From: Chloroflexota bacterium
Lineage (GTDB): Bacteria > Chloroflexota > UBA11872 > VXNJ01
Direction of reading: 5' to 3'
Length of the DNA stretch: 64,000 nt
Assembly: GCA_965263025.1 (NCBI GenBank)
Contig: OZ253578.1
Location: 879,614 to 943,613 of the forward strand
Both the position numbers and the translations under genes were made by a program. Below the pieces are notes generated by a model that was not told where the DNA came from, searched no databases, and saw nothing but the letters and a program-made list of their open reading frames with translations. This document shows, in pieces, positions 1 through 9,262 of this stretch. Numbering within the stretch: the first letter of the stretch is position 1; every line of letters begins with the position of its first letter.

Positions 1-64
1 TGACGACTATCAGCCCTATGAGGGCAGCGATTCCGATGCACCCGATTTTGAACAGCCGCTTCAT
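1..64 (-). CDS. partial CDS: the first 21 codons of a membrane or secreted protein; the rest lies left of the window
   Basis: ATG at 64..62 has GAGGG about 6 nt upstream. Translation MKRLFKIGCIGIAALIGLIVV is a hydrophobic signal/TM segment. The ORF runs off the window edge. Confidence 0.35.
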   Translation of the reverse strand, partial: MKRLFKIGCIGIAALIGLIVV

Positions 65-272
65 AGGTGTCCCTCTCACGATGAAAGGATGCGCGGGTGT
101 CGAAACCGTCAATCTCTAAACAGCCGCAAGAGGGACGCGACACGCATCCCTTCCAAGACTGTTCAGAAGCAGCAAGACGGTTTCGACGAGTAGGAGATTA
201 ACCGGCTTTTGGGCTCGCTCAAAATTGAGGCTCAGCCTAGCGATGATCAGATTTTGTTCGGTATACTAGGAT

Positions 273-343
273 TGGAGCCGATGGGCAGAATCGAACTGCC
301 GGCGCATGGGTTACAAGGTCCTGCGCCCTCCCAGAGCAACGGC
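273..343 (-). other. degenerate tRNA-like element: T-arm, acceptor stem and CCA are intact, but the D and anticodon arms are aberrant
   Basis: The minus strand reads GCCGTTG CTCTGGGAG GGCGCAGGACCTTGTAACCCATGCGCC GGCAG-TTCGATT-CTGCC CATCGGC T CCA. The T-arm is perfect, the acceptor pairs 6/7, and the CTTGTAA loop looks like anticodon TGT. The anticodon stem does not pair canonically and the D arm is reduced to CTC/GAG. Confidence 0.4.
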
Positions 344-524
344 CAGTTGAGGGCAGGGAGTAATAGGAGAGGGGATTGTCTATTGCTCCCTGCCTCAACT
401 CAACATTACCAAGTCAATCCCAAATCTTGAAGCAATCGCCGTAAAAGTCAGTAAAGTCGGTTATAGTGCGATTAGTTGTCTGTTTCAGAATGGTAATTGA
501 AAACAAGGCATTTGGAGTCACCAG

Positions 525-650
525 ATGGCAAAGTCAAAGGGAAGTAAGCGCGAACAACTACCAGACAACCGGCCTGCGACCTTAGAGGAAGCAATCAAGG
601 CGCTGGTGACTACTCCGCCGCTAGGTGAGAAGTCCGGGAAGTCTAAATAA
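525..650 (+). CDS. small hypothetical ORF (41 aa)
   Basis: ATG is preceded by GGAG 7 nt upstream. Translation is MAKSKGSKREQLPDNRPATLEEAIKALVTTPPLGEKSGKSK. It lies in an AT-richer patch and has no recognisable family. Confidence 0.2.
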   Translation: MAKSKGSKREQLPDNRPATLEEAIKALVTTPPLGEKSGKSK

Positions 651-658
651 AGGCAATC

Positions 659-907
659 ATGGAAAAGGGACAGGCAGAAAAACTTCCACCCTTAGAAATC
701 AGCGCTAGTTTCTCAGCAGGCGCAGGTGGCATGAGTGCGAATGTAGAAGTCCACCCCAACAACAGACGCAAAGTTAGGGATTCGCTTGTTGGGCTAGCGA
801 GTTGGTCGCTTAAGCGTGCTGCGAGGTACGCTGTTAAGGAAATGATTGAAAGAGCTTTTGACAGCCTTCACCTCTTCACCCTTGGTCGCAAGCTTAAATC
901 CCCTTAG
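659..907 (+). CDS. small hypothetical ORF (82 aa)
   Basis: ORF-track entry 8 nt after the previous small ORF. It is convergent with the transposase 3' end and overlaps it slightly. No motif recognised. Confidence 0.2.
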   Translation: MEKGQAEKLPPLEISASFSAGAGGMSANVEVHPNNRRKVRDSLVGLASWSLKRAARYAVKEMIERAFDSLHLFTLGRKLKSP

Positions 908-1868
908 GCATCCGAGTCTCTACCGGCCCAATCAAATCCTTGTAGCGCAACTGCTTCCCGTCCATCTTCTGGACTAACGCGGCAATCTGATCCTTGGTGT
1001 CGAGGGAGCGGCTGTTGTGCCGTCCGGCAAACTCGTTAACGTAGCGCTCCAGGTGCTTGGCGCTCATCTTGTGGTAGGTGCCGACGTAGCCGCGCTTTAG
1101 CATCGACCAAAATGATTCCATCCCGTTTGTGTGGACCATCCCGTTGACGTACTCTTTGGCGCCGTGCCGGACAGACTCGTGGATACGCGGCAAGTGGTGA
1201 TATCCGCGCCATTCGTCTGTGTAGATAATTGCTTCCGGCGCAGTGGCCTCTTTTACAAACTGATTCAAGGAGATTGAATCAACCCCATCGACCGGCTGAG
1301 CCACGACTTGCTTTGTCAGGCGATCTTTGGCTCCAACCACTGGCGTCTTGCCAACTGTCCCGCGTCCACTCGCCGATTTCAAGCGCTTGCTGGCGTGCTT
1401 ATTCTTTTCCTTGCCGCCGATGTAGGTTTCATCTACTTCGACGATGCTAGATAGTTTGCCGTTGCTGTGACTCCACGCTTCCCGAATCCGGTGTGCGAGG
1501 TGCCAGGCTGATTTCTGCGTTATCCCCAAGTCTCGATGGAGCTTCATCGAGGAAACTCCCTTGAGGTTTGTCAGCATCAAGTAACTGGCGAGTGCCCATT
1601 TTGAGAGTGACAGATTTGAACTGTGCATGACTGTTCCGGTTTTGACTGAAAAATCCTTTTTGCAGTCATAGCAGCGGTACGGGGCAGGCTTACGGGTTGG
1701 TCGAGTCTTAACCTTTTTTGATCCGCAATTCGGGCAGCAGACGCCACCCGGCCAACGGATTTCAACAAACATCTGCTCTACTTTTTCTTCATCCGAGAAC
1801 AGCTTGACAGCTTCAAACAGCGGCATCCCGCGTCGGTGAGACTTCCCTGGGCCTTTTCGCTTTGGCAT
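894..1868 (-). mobile_element. IS1595-family (ISXO2-like) transposase gene; IS termini not resolved
   Basis: The N-terminal zinc-ribbon reads CCPNCGS...YRCYDCKKDF, followed by an HTH-like segment and a DDE domain with DETYIGGKEKNKH. ATG 1868 is preferred over TTG 1883 because GGAGGG lies 6-8 nt upstream of it. Confidence 0.85.
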
Positions 1869-2130
1869 CTCTCTACCCTCCAAATCTATATCTGATTATA
1901 CCTGAGTCGGATAGAAAAGTATATAATTCCCTCCGTTTATTTTACCGATGTACGCATTGACGCGATGAAGGCGCCAGCCCGCCGGCGATTCGCCCATTTC
2001 TCGCGGATATCGAGACGTCGCCCACGGTCATTTTGGTTTCTTTGTCGCGATTTTTGCAATATCTTGTTCAATGTATTATTGGCAATGGTTTTCTGCGAGC
2101 AAGCAGTTTAGCGGAGGGAATACGGAATAT

Positions 2131-3570
2131 ATGACTAGCAGCGTTTCGAGGCGTCGACTCCTTAAGATCGGCGCCGCCGCCGGTCTCGGCGCCGCCGCTT
2201 TAGCCATTGCCGGCTGCGGCGAGACTCAGATCGTCGAGGTCGTCAAGGAAGTGCCGATCGTCCAGGAGAAAGTCGTCGAGAGGGTCGTAACCAGAGAGGT
2301 CGAAGTCCAGAAGGTAGTCGTCCAGGAGAAGGTCGTTACAGTCGAGGCCATGCAGCCAAAGAAAGCCGCCGTGGCGCTCAAGTTCAACACCTGGTGGGGC
2401 ACCGTCGAGGAGTACGCCTCAGAGGTCGGCGAGCCGTTCATCGAGCGGAACCCGCATGTATCGATCGACTGGCAGGTCACCCCCTGGGGCGAATACTGGC
2501 AGAAGATGCAAACGCAGGCCGTCTCAAACCAGCTGCCAGACTTCTTTGGCCAGAGCGTCGCGATCAACTGGGACTGGGCCAACAAGGGTCTCGTCTTCAA
2601 TATGGGTCCGGTGATCAAGCGCGACATCGACGAATCCGAGCACTACACCGACATCTGGCAGCAGGGCAGATACCCGGTCAAGGGGCATCCGGACCAGTAC
2701 ATGATGCCCATGGAGACCGTGGTATCGCTTTTGTATTTCAACGTCGATCTGTTCGACGACGCCGGGGTCGACTATCCCCAGCAGAACTGGACGTTCAGGG
2801 ACTGGGAAGAGGCCGGAGCCCAGCTGACCAAGGTGGAGGACGGCAAGACCACCCAGTTTGGCCTGTGGGGCCAGAATTCAAACGCGTTCCTCGATGCGTT
2901 CATCAATTCGAACGACGGGGTTGTCCTGAGTCCCGATTTCAAGACCTGCGAGCTGGATGGGCCGCTGTCTGTCGAAATGATCGCCAGATGCGTGAGCTGG
3001 ATCGAGCAGGGAATCGGGCCCACGGCTGCCCAGGCGGCGGACGTCGGCGGCGGAGCCCAGCTCTTTACGACCGGGCGACTCGGGATGGACATCACCGGTA
3101 GCTGGCAAGTCGACGCGTATCTCAAATCCACCGATCTGAACTTTGACCTCATGATGGTTCCGATGGGGCCGAAAAAGAGAGTCATCTACGGTGGACCGGA
3201 TAGCTGGGCCATTTCGGCCGGCTCGCCTCACTTCGAGGATGCCTGGGAAGTTGTCAAGTTCGCCATAGGCGACGAGCGTTCGTACAACAACTTCCCGCTC
3301 GGCAGAATTGCGAGCAACATAGCCATCTCGACGAGCGAAGACTTCCAGAAGAAGGGCCGCGTTCCCGGCTACAAGTACCTGTTCGATTCCGTGCAGTACA
3401 TGAAGGGCGCGGACTTCGGTCCTTCCTGGGTTGAGTGGCGTGCAGCCTTCTCGAACGAACTCGCGCCCGCGTTCCTGGGTGAGAAGAACGCCCAGGACGC
3501 CGCGACCGCGGCAACGGAGAAAATCCAGGTCATTCTCGACAAGGTTCCCTGGCCCGCGGCAATAGAGTAG
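2131..3570 (+). CDS. sugar ABC transporter substrate-binding lipoprotein (family 1 SBP) with a Tat signal
   Basis: SRRRLLK twin-arginine motif and IAGC lipobox, then a V/E/K-rich tether (VVEVVKEVPIVQEKVVERVV...), then an SBP_bac_1-like body. ATG 2131 has GGAGGG upstream; the ORF track starts earlier at 2071. Confidence 0.85.
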   Translation: MTSSVSRRRLLKIGAAAGLGAAALAIAGCGETQIVEVVKEVPIVQEKVVERVVTREVEVQKVVVQEKVVTVEAMQPKKAAVALKFNTWWGTVEEYASEVGEPFIERNPHVSIDWQVTPWGEYWQKMQTQAVSNQLPDFFGQSVAINWDWANKGLVFNMGPVIKRDIDESEHYTDIWQQGRYPVKGHPDQYMMPMETVVSLLYFNVDLFDDAGVDYPQQNWTFRDWEEAGAQLTKVEDGKTTQFGLWGQNSNAFLDAFINSNDGVVLSPDFKTCELDGPLSVEMIARCVSWIEQGIGPTAAQAADVGGGAQLFTTGRLGMDITGSWQVDAYLKSTDLNFDLMMVPMGPKKRVIYGGPDSWAISAGSPHFEDAWEVVKFAIGDERSYNNFPLGRIASNIAISTSEDFQKKGRVPGYKYLFDSVQYMKGADFGPSWVEWRAAFSNELAPAFLGEKNAQDAATAATEKIQVILDKVPWPAAIE

Positions 3571-3653
3571 AGGTTAATTACCGTTGGCGGTTGGGCGGGT
3601 CTGGCGAGTTTCTCGTCGAGGCCCGCCCGCTGACGGCAGCGTTTATTTGAGCC

Positions 3654-4586
3654 TTGGCACTATCTGAAACTTCCCTCGCCCGGTCCCTGGCAAGACTCGG
3701 GCCGCGGCGCGGCGGCGGCCTCCACCAATGGTGGCAGGCCATGCCCTTTCTATTTCTTACTCTGGTGGGCATGGTCCTGTTTACTCATGGAGCCGTCCTG
3801 GCCGCGTTCTTCATAAGCCTCACGCGCTGGGACGCGCTAACCCCATGGGAATGGATCGGAGTATCCAACTACAAAGATCTCTTTCTCCAGGACGACCTCT
3901 TCACCCGTTCAATGGTCCAGACCGGCTACTACACCCTCGTCTCCGTGCCGCTTGGAATCGTAATCTCGCTTCTGGCCGCCGTGCTGGTGAACCAGAAGCT
4001 GAAGTTCATGACGTTCTATCGAACGGTGTTTTTCTTGCCCGGCATTACGTCAATCGTCGCGGTGGCCATGGTCTGGCTGTGGCTGTACAACCCCGATTTC
4101 GGAGTCATCAACTGGCTGCTCGGAAAGGTCGGAGTCGACGGACCAGCCTGGCTGGGCAGCACTAAGTGGGCGATGCCGGCAGTGATAATTTTCGGGATCT
4201 GGCGAGGCCTGGGTTACAACATGGTGATTCTGCTCGCCGGCCTGCAAGGCATACCAGAGGTGTATTACGAAGCCGCCGAGGTTGACGGCGCGAGCCGGTT
4301 CAGGCGCTTCTGGCACATCACCCTGCCGCTGCTTTCGCCTACGACCTTCTTTGTGCTGATCATCTCTCTGATCGGTTCGTTTCAAGTATTCGAGCAGACC
4401 TACGTGCTTACCCAGGGCGGCCCCGCCTACGCCACGATGACCATCGCCTACTACATCTTTCTACAGGCGTTCCAGTGGTTCCACATGGGCATAGCGTCGG
4501 CGCTCTCGTTTGTGCTCTTCCTGGCGGTCATGGTCGTCACGGTTATTCAATTCGCGCTGCAGCGGAAATGGGTGCATTACGAATGA
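3654..4586 (+). CDS. carbohydrate ABC transporter permease (MalF/UgpA-like)
   Basis: Multi-TM protein with the EAA loop EAAEVDGASRFRRFWHITLPLL. It sits in an operon with the SBP. The TTG start is uncertain. Confidence 0.85.
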   Translation: MALSETSLARSLARLGPRRGGGLHQWWQAMPFLFLTLVGMVLFTHGAVLAAFFISLTRWDALTPWEWIGVSNYKDLFLQDDLFTRSMVQTGYYTLVSVPLGIVISLLAAVLVNQKLKFMTFYRTVFFLPGITSIVAVAMVWLWLYNPDFGVINWLLGKVGVDGPAWLGSTKWAMPAVIIFGIWRGLGYNMVILLAGLQGIPEVYYEAAEVDGASRFRRFWHITLPLLSPTTFFVLIISLIGSFQVFEQTYVLTQGGPAYATMTIAYYIFLQAFQWFHMGIASALSFVLFLAVMVVTVIQFALQRKWVHYE

Positions 4587-4621
4587 CCGCCCGCCGATTC
4601 ACGCGCCGCCGGAGCTGTTAG

Positions 4622-5512
4622 ATGGCCGAAGCCGTAGTCAGCAGAGATCCCGACATCGTCGTACGGCACCATACGGCCTGGTTTGGCGTCGTTCGAATCT
4701 TGCGTGTCATCTCGTCATACTTCTCGCTTACGGCGCTGGGCGCCTTGATGGCCATGCCGTTTCTCTGGATGATCGTCAGTTCGTTCAAGCACGAAGGCGA
4801 CATATTCACATTCCCGCCTGTATGGATTCCCGATCCCTTCATTTGGACAAACTTCCGGGACGTAGTGAACTCGATGCCGTTCGTGCTCATGTCCTGGAAT
4901 ACGCTCTACGTTGCGATCCTCAATGTGATCGGCGCCGTGCTCGTGTGCGGACTGGCGGCTTTTGCGTTCGCACGAATGCAGTTCCCCGGTCGTGATGCCG
5001 TGTTCGTCGTACTGCTTGCCTCGATGATGGTGCCCGCTCAGGTGACCATGATCCCGGTATTCCTGGTAATGCAGAAACTGGGCTGGCTGGACACTCACTT
5101 TCCGCTCTGGGTGCCGGGTTTCACCGGCGGCGCATTCGGCACGTTCCTGCTCCGGCAGTTTTTCCTGACGCTCCCATCAGAGCTTAACGATGCGGCCCGC
5201 ATCGATGGCGCGGGAAACTGGACCATCTTCTGGCGAATCTTTCTGCCGCTGTCCAAGCCCGCGCTTGCGACGCTGTCGATATTTGTATTCCTCTACCGCT
5301 GGAACGACCTGCTGCACCCCATCATTTACCTGAACACGCCTGAGAAGATGACCCTGCCGGTCGGGTTGGCGTACTTCCGCGGCCAATATCGGACCGAGTG
5401 GGCGCTGCTGATGGCCGGCGCGCTGATGAGCGTGATACCGGTGCTCGTGCTATACGCGTCGTTCCAGAGGTATTTCGTCCGAGGCGTGGTGCTGAGCGGA
5501 ATTAAGGGCTAG
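4622..5512 (+). CDS. carbohydrate ABC transporter permease (MalG/UgpE-like)
   Basis: EAA-type loop NDAARIDGAGNWTIFWRIFLPLSKP and a C-terminal QRYFVRGVVLSGIKG typical of CUT1 permeases. Confidence 0.85.
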   Translation: MAEAVVSRDPDIVVRHHTAWFGVVRILRVISSYFSLTALGALMAMPFLWMIVSSFKHEGDIFTFPPVWIPDPFIWTNFRDVVNSMPFVLMSWNTLYVAILNVIGAVLVCGLAAFAFARMQFPGRDAVFVVLLASMMVPAQVTMIPVFLVMQKLGWLDTHFPLWVPGFTGGAFGTFLLRQFFLTLPSELNDAARIDGAGNWTIFWRIFLPLSKPALATLSIFVFLYRWNDLLHPIIYLNTPEKMTLPVGLAYFRGQYRTEWALLMAGALMSVIPVLVLYASFQRYFVRGVVLSGIKG

Positions 5513-5655
5513 AGCTGCGCCCGGGATGGGATCGTGCGGCCGGCAACGGCGGCGAATCCTGGTGTCGGCAAGAGCCGCGGCCCGCCTTTAGGTCGGCACT
5601 CGGGTAATCGAGCAAGCGTACTGACCGCGACAACCGCCGCAACGGGAGGCCGTCG

Positions 5656-7404
5656 ATGAGAGGTATCCAACCTTTAGTCATCTCCAGATTCGATGCGCAG
5701 CACCCGCATTCCAGATACCTGATCGAGATACTGGCGGCCGAAGGATTCAACTCCGTCCGGATAATGGCGCCCGAGCAGGTGCGGGAGATGCCCCGGCCCG
5801 ACGAGTCGGGCTGCGTCGTGGTCGCGCAAGTGCCGTTGGGCCGCGATCTCCGCGACGATCTGCTCACCTACATCCGGTCGGGCGGCGGAGCCGTACTGAT
5901 GCGGCCCGAAGCCGAGCTCGCACTCGCGCTCGGATTGCAGCCTCGCGGGTCCCACGCCGGCGGGTACATATGGCCCGTCGCCGAACACCCGCTTTGCCCC
6001 GCCATGCTGCCGTCCCACATGCAGTTTCATGGAGGCGCCGAGTTCTATGAAGCGTCGGGCGCGAATCCTATCGCGCTCTTCGGCAGCAAGGAGGAGGCGG
6101 GGGCCTCGCCAGCGATAGCGACCGGGACGTTCGGTCGGGGGCGGTTCGCGGTGTTCGCCTACGATCTGGCCGCCTCGACAGTCATCTTTCATCAGGGACG
6201 CCCCGAGCAGAGCAGCACCGGACCAGCGTGGCCCGGAAACCCCTCGAGCTTTTACACGCCCGCCGACATGTTCACGGGACTGCTCGATTTCGACCTGAGG
6301 CGCGTTCCGCAGGCTGACTTTCAGCAGCGAATGTTCTCGCGGGCCGTGGAGTGGGCGCACGAAGCCGCGGGGCCATTGCCGCGCCTGTGGTATTACCCTC
6401 ACGCCGCGCGGGCGTTGCAGTTCATCAACGGCGACGGCGACTCCATGCGCCACGACGAGCTGCTGGTGATGATCGATCTCATGGAAAAGTACGATGCGCC
6501 TTACGCCGCCTACCTGATGATGGACGACCACCCCAAGGTGGCTCCCGCGGAGGTTGCCGACTGGATGGGGCGCGGGCACAGCTTTGGGCAGCACGTTTGG
6601 GCAGGCCCCAGGCCATCGCCCGACGAGCTTGACGAGCGCATAACCTGGGAAACGCATCAGTTTAGAAACAGATACGGCTTTACGCCGCTGACGATCCGCC
6701 ATCACTGCGTAATCTGGACGGGATGGGTCGACACCGCCAGGTCCCTCGAACGCAACGGCGTCCGCCTGGACCTGAACTACAGAGCGGCGCACGATTATCG
6801 AGACGGCTACCTGACGGGCAGCGGCCTCCCGATGCGATTCATGGATGAAGACGGGGCCTTTATCGACGTTTACGAGCAGGAGACGCTCACCTGCGACGAC
6901 TTCATTCTCATTCACAAGAGCGCACATCCGGTCTCGACGGTTGACGAAGCGGTTGACGTTAGCAGGGGATATCTGAAAGACGCGGTCGAATCGGGTCATA
7001 CCGTTGTTCATCAATACTTCCATCCCGTCTACGCCCGGACGGACTGGGACAGGCCTTATACGCCGCCCTGGCTGGAAGGCACTCTCCAGGCAGCCAGGGA
7101 GTTCGGCGCGCCCGCGATCGGAGCCGATGACTGGGTCCACTTCAACGACAGTCGCCGCGACACGGTTATCGATCAAGTGCGGTGGGACGAAGACTCGTCC
7201 TCATTGACATTCCAGGTTGCCACGCCCGAACGAATCGACGGCCTTACGCTGTCGGTTCCCACGTCGCACGGCGGCCTGCGCGCGTCGAGAGTGCAAATCG
7301 ACGGCCAGGAGCGCGATCTGCACGTTGAGAATATCCAGGGCAAGGACTACGTTTTCGTGATCGCGTCCGAAGGCGCCGACCGCATACGGGTAAGCTACGC
7401 GTAG
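5656..7404 (+). CDS. hypothetical protein, possibly carbohydrate-active (an N-terminal GATase1-like module plus an uncharacterised core)
   Basis: 582-aa ORF with GGGAGG upstream of its ATG, directly downstream of the sugar ABC genes. No catalytic motif recognised with certainty. Confidence 0.5.
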   Translation: MRGIQPLVISRFDAQHPHSRYLIEILAAEGFNSVRIMAPEQVREMPRPDESGCVVVAQVPLGRDLRDDLLTYIRSGGGAVLMRPEAELALALGLQPRGSHAGGYIWPVAEHPLCPAMLPSHMQFHGGAEFYEASGANPIALFGSKEEAGASPAIATGTFGRGRFAVFAYDLAASTVIFHQGRPEQSSTGPAWPGNPSSFYTPADMFTGLLDFDLRRVPQADFQQRMFSRAVEWAHEAAGPLPRLWYYPHAARALQFINGDGDSMRHDELLVMIDLMEKYDAPYAAYLMMDDHPKVAPAEVADWMGRGHSFGQHVWAGPRPSPDELDERITWETHQFRNRYGFTPLTIRHHCVIWTGWVDTARSLERNGVRLDLNYRAAHDYRDGYLTGSGLPMRFMDEDGAFIDVYEQETLTCDDFILIHKSAHPVSTVDEAVDVSRGYLKDAVESGHTVVHQYFHPVYARTDWDRPYTPPWLEGTLQAAREFGAPAIGADDWVHFNDSRRDTVIDQVRWDEDSSSLTFQVATPERIDGLTLSVPTSHGGLRASRVQIDGQERDLHVENIQGKDYVFVIASEGADRIRVSYA

Positions 7405-7447
7405 CTCAAATGCGTCCGTCGAAGCCCGTCGCCTTACGGAGTGCGAA

Positions 7448-8353
7448 ATGAAGGTTCAGCTCGCCGGCACGGAACTGGAGATGGGCGGCCGCTATCTCCG
7501 GGAAATGCGGGAGTCGAGCGATCTGACGGGCCAGCCGCAGAGGTTGCGCGAACGGCTGAACGGCGACGGCTACATTCTGATTCGCGGACTCCAGAGCCGC
7601 GACCTCGTGCTCGATGCCCGCCGCGAGATACTCGAAGTTGTCGGTCAAGCGGGCGCGCTCGAACCGGGAACGCCGCTCGACGACGCCAGGATGTCCTCCC
7701 GAATAGGGGCCGACGAGAAAATCCCGGGAATGCTCGATCTGGCATCAACCCTCGGCCGGGCGGGCGCGGTCAAGCGGGTTTCCGAGTCGCCGGAGATTAT
7801 GGGATTCTTCGAACGCTTCCTTGGCGGTCCGGCAGCCACGTTCGATTACAAATGGATTCGGATCGTGGGGTCCGGACGGTCCACCAGCGTGCACTACGAC
7901 ATCGTCTACATGGGCAAGGGCACTCAGAATCTTTACACGGTGTGGTGCCCGTTCGGGGATGTCTCACTGGAACTTGGCGGACTCGCCGTCTGCGCCGGCT
8001 CGCAGAACTGGCACAAGGTCAGAGATACCTACGGGAGCATGGACGTTTACCGAGACCGAATTGACGGAAACCTCTCAAACGACCCCGTGGAACTCGTCGA
8101 CAAATACGGCGGCGAGTGGAAGACGACCTCCTACCGGGCCGGCGACGTGGTCATCTTCGGAATGTTTACCGCGCACGCTTCGCTCGCAAATCAGACCGGC
8201 AGATATCGACTGAGCATGGACAGCCGGTATCAGCTTGCCTCCGACCCTATCGACACCAGGTGGATGGGCGACAATCCGTTTGAGGACGATTCGGAAATCC
8301 TCGGCGAAACAACTGTTCCAATCGAGACGGCCCGGCGCGACTGGGGGATTTGA
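7448..8353 (+). CDS. phytanoyl-CoA dioxygenase (PhyH) family Fe(II)/2-oxoglutarate oxygenase
   Basis: HxD in SVHYDIVYMGKG, a distal His in FTAHASLAN, and PhyH-like length and layout. Confidence 0.7.
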   Translation: MKVQLAGTELEMGGRYLREMRESSDLTGQPQRLRERLNGDGYILIRGLQSRDLVLDARREILEVVGQAGALEPGTPLDDARMSSRIGADEKIPGMLDLASTLGRAGAVKRVSESPEIMGFFERFLGGPAATFDYKWIRIVGSGRSTSVHYDIVYMGKGTQNLYTVWCPFGDVSLELGGLAVCAGSQNWHKVRDTYGSMDVYRDRIDGNLSNDPVELVDKYGGEWKTTSYRAGDVVIFGMFTAHASLANQTGRYRLSMDSRYQLASDPIDTRWMGDNPFEDDSEILGETTVPIETARRDWGI

Positions 8354-8448
8354 CGCGCCGAAACGCCAGATAAGCGGCAAAATCTCGAATCGAGTGCGCT
8401 CTCGCCGACCGGGAGCGCCAAAGAAAGGCCACGTATTCAGGCGGGAAT

Positions 8449-9243
8449 ATGCGAGACGATATTCGTTTCTTTGACTGCAATTGCGCGCTAGGCCGCTACG
8501 CGGCGCCGCCCATGCCCGACTTGCCGCACACGGTCCCGCAAATCCTGGAAACGCTTGATTACTCCGGTATCGACTCGGCGGTCGTCTATCACATCGCGGC
8601 GTGGGAATACGATCCCGAATCCGGCAATCGTTTCCTCATGGAAGCGCTCAGCGGCGAGCCGCGCCTGCTGCCGCAGTGGGTGGTCCTGCCGCATCACACC
8701 GGCGAGTTTCCACCGCCCCGCGAGCTTCTCGACAACATGCTGTCGCAAGGCGTTCTAACCGCGCGGATGTTCCCATCCGAGAAGATGATGCCCCCGCAAG
8801 ATGCGGGCCACAATTTCTCGCTGGCGAGCTGGTCGGCCGGTCCGCTGCTGAGCGAGATGCAGGCGAGGCGAATGCCGCTCTTCATCGCCCGATCGCAGAT
8901 TAGCTGGGATCAGGTGCACGACCTGTGCTCCACATATCCCGACCTGCCGTTAATCCTCAGCAGCGTTCCACAGCTCAGCTTCCGCGCCAACCGGCATCTG
9001 TGGCCTCTTTGGTCGATTCACAAGAACCTGTACGTCGACACCTCCGACAACGAAGAGACCGCGCGGATCGAGCGGGTCGTGGAGAGCTTCGGTCCCGAAC
9101 GTCTTCTGTTCGGCACGGGCCTGCCGCGATATGCGCCGGGCGCGCACGTAATATCGGTCGCGCGAGCGAGGATCAGCAACGACGCCAAGAAGATCATCGC
9201 GTCTCAGAACCTCGAAAGGTTGCTGGAGGACGTCAGAAAGTGA
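8449..9243 (+). CDS. amidohydrolase-related TIM-barrel protein (Amidohydro_2-like) with a non-canonical N-terminal metal motif
   Basis: FFDCNCALG occupies the position of the usual xDxHxH strand. The C-terminal LLFGTGLP...A is typical of the family. Confidence 0.55.
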   Translation: MRDDIRFFDCNCALGRYAAPPMPDLPHTVPQILETLDYSGIDSAVVYHIAAWEYDPESGNRFLMEALSGEPRLLPQWVVLPHHTGEFPPPRELLDNMLSQGVLTARMFPSEKMMPPQDAGHNFSLASWSAGPLLSEMQARRMPLFIARSQISWDQVHDLCSTYPDLPLILSSVPQLSFRANRHLWPLWSIHKNLYVDTSDNEETARIERVVESFGPERLLFGTGLPRYAPGAHVISVARARISNDAKKIIASQNLERLLEDVRK

Positions 9244-9262
9244 GCTGCGCCCGCGCACCGGA

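Noticed and set aside
273-650. Interpreting the tRNA-like 3' end as the tRNA-like domain of a tmRNA (standard or permuted).
   Set aside because: The acceptor would be GCCGATG/CATCGGC, without the G3:U70 alanine identity pair. No complementary 5' acceptor strand, tag-reading frame or resume codon context is visible in the ~350 nt upstream on that strand.
860-1960. Terminal inverted repeats and target-site duplication of the IS1595 element.
   Set aside because: Manual comparison of 430..900 with the reverse complement of 1884..1950 gave only weak matches (for example CCGTAAAAGT versus CGGTAAAATA). The boundaries are therefore left undefined rather than reported.
5674-7176. A long antisense ORF (500 aa) opposite the 582-aa gene. 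Similar long antisense or alternate-frame shadow ORFs occur at 9233..10279, 13668..14675, 14960..16546, 16628..17968, 20331..21281, 24866..26158, 48964..50709 and 58213..59247.
   Set aside because: All are Arg/Gly/Pro/Ala-rich translations with no motifs. Each lies opposite an ORF with clear family signatures. Such long open antisense or alternate frames are typical of GC-rich DNA.
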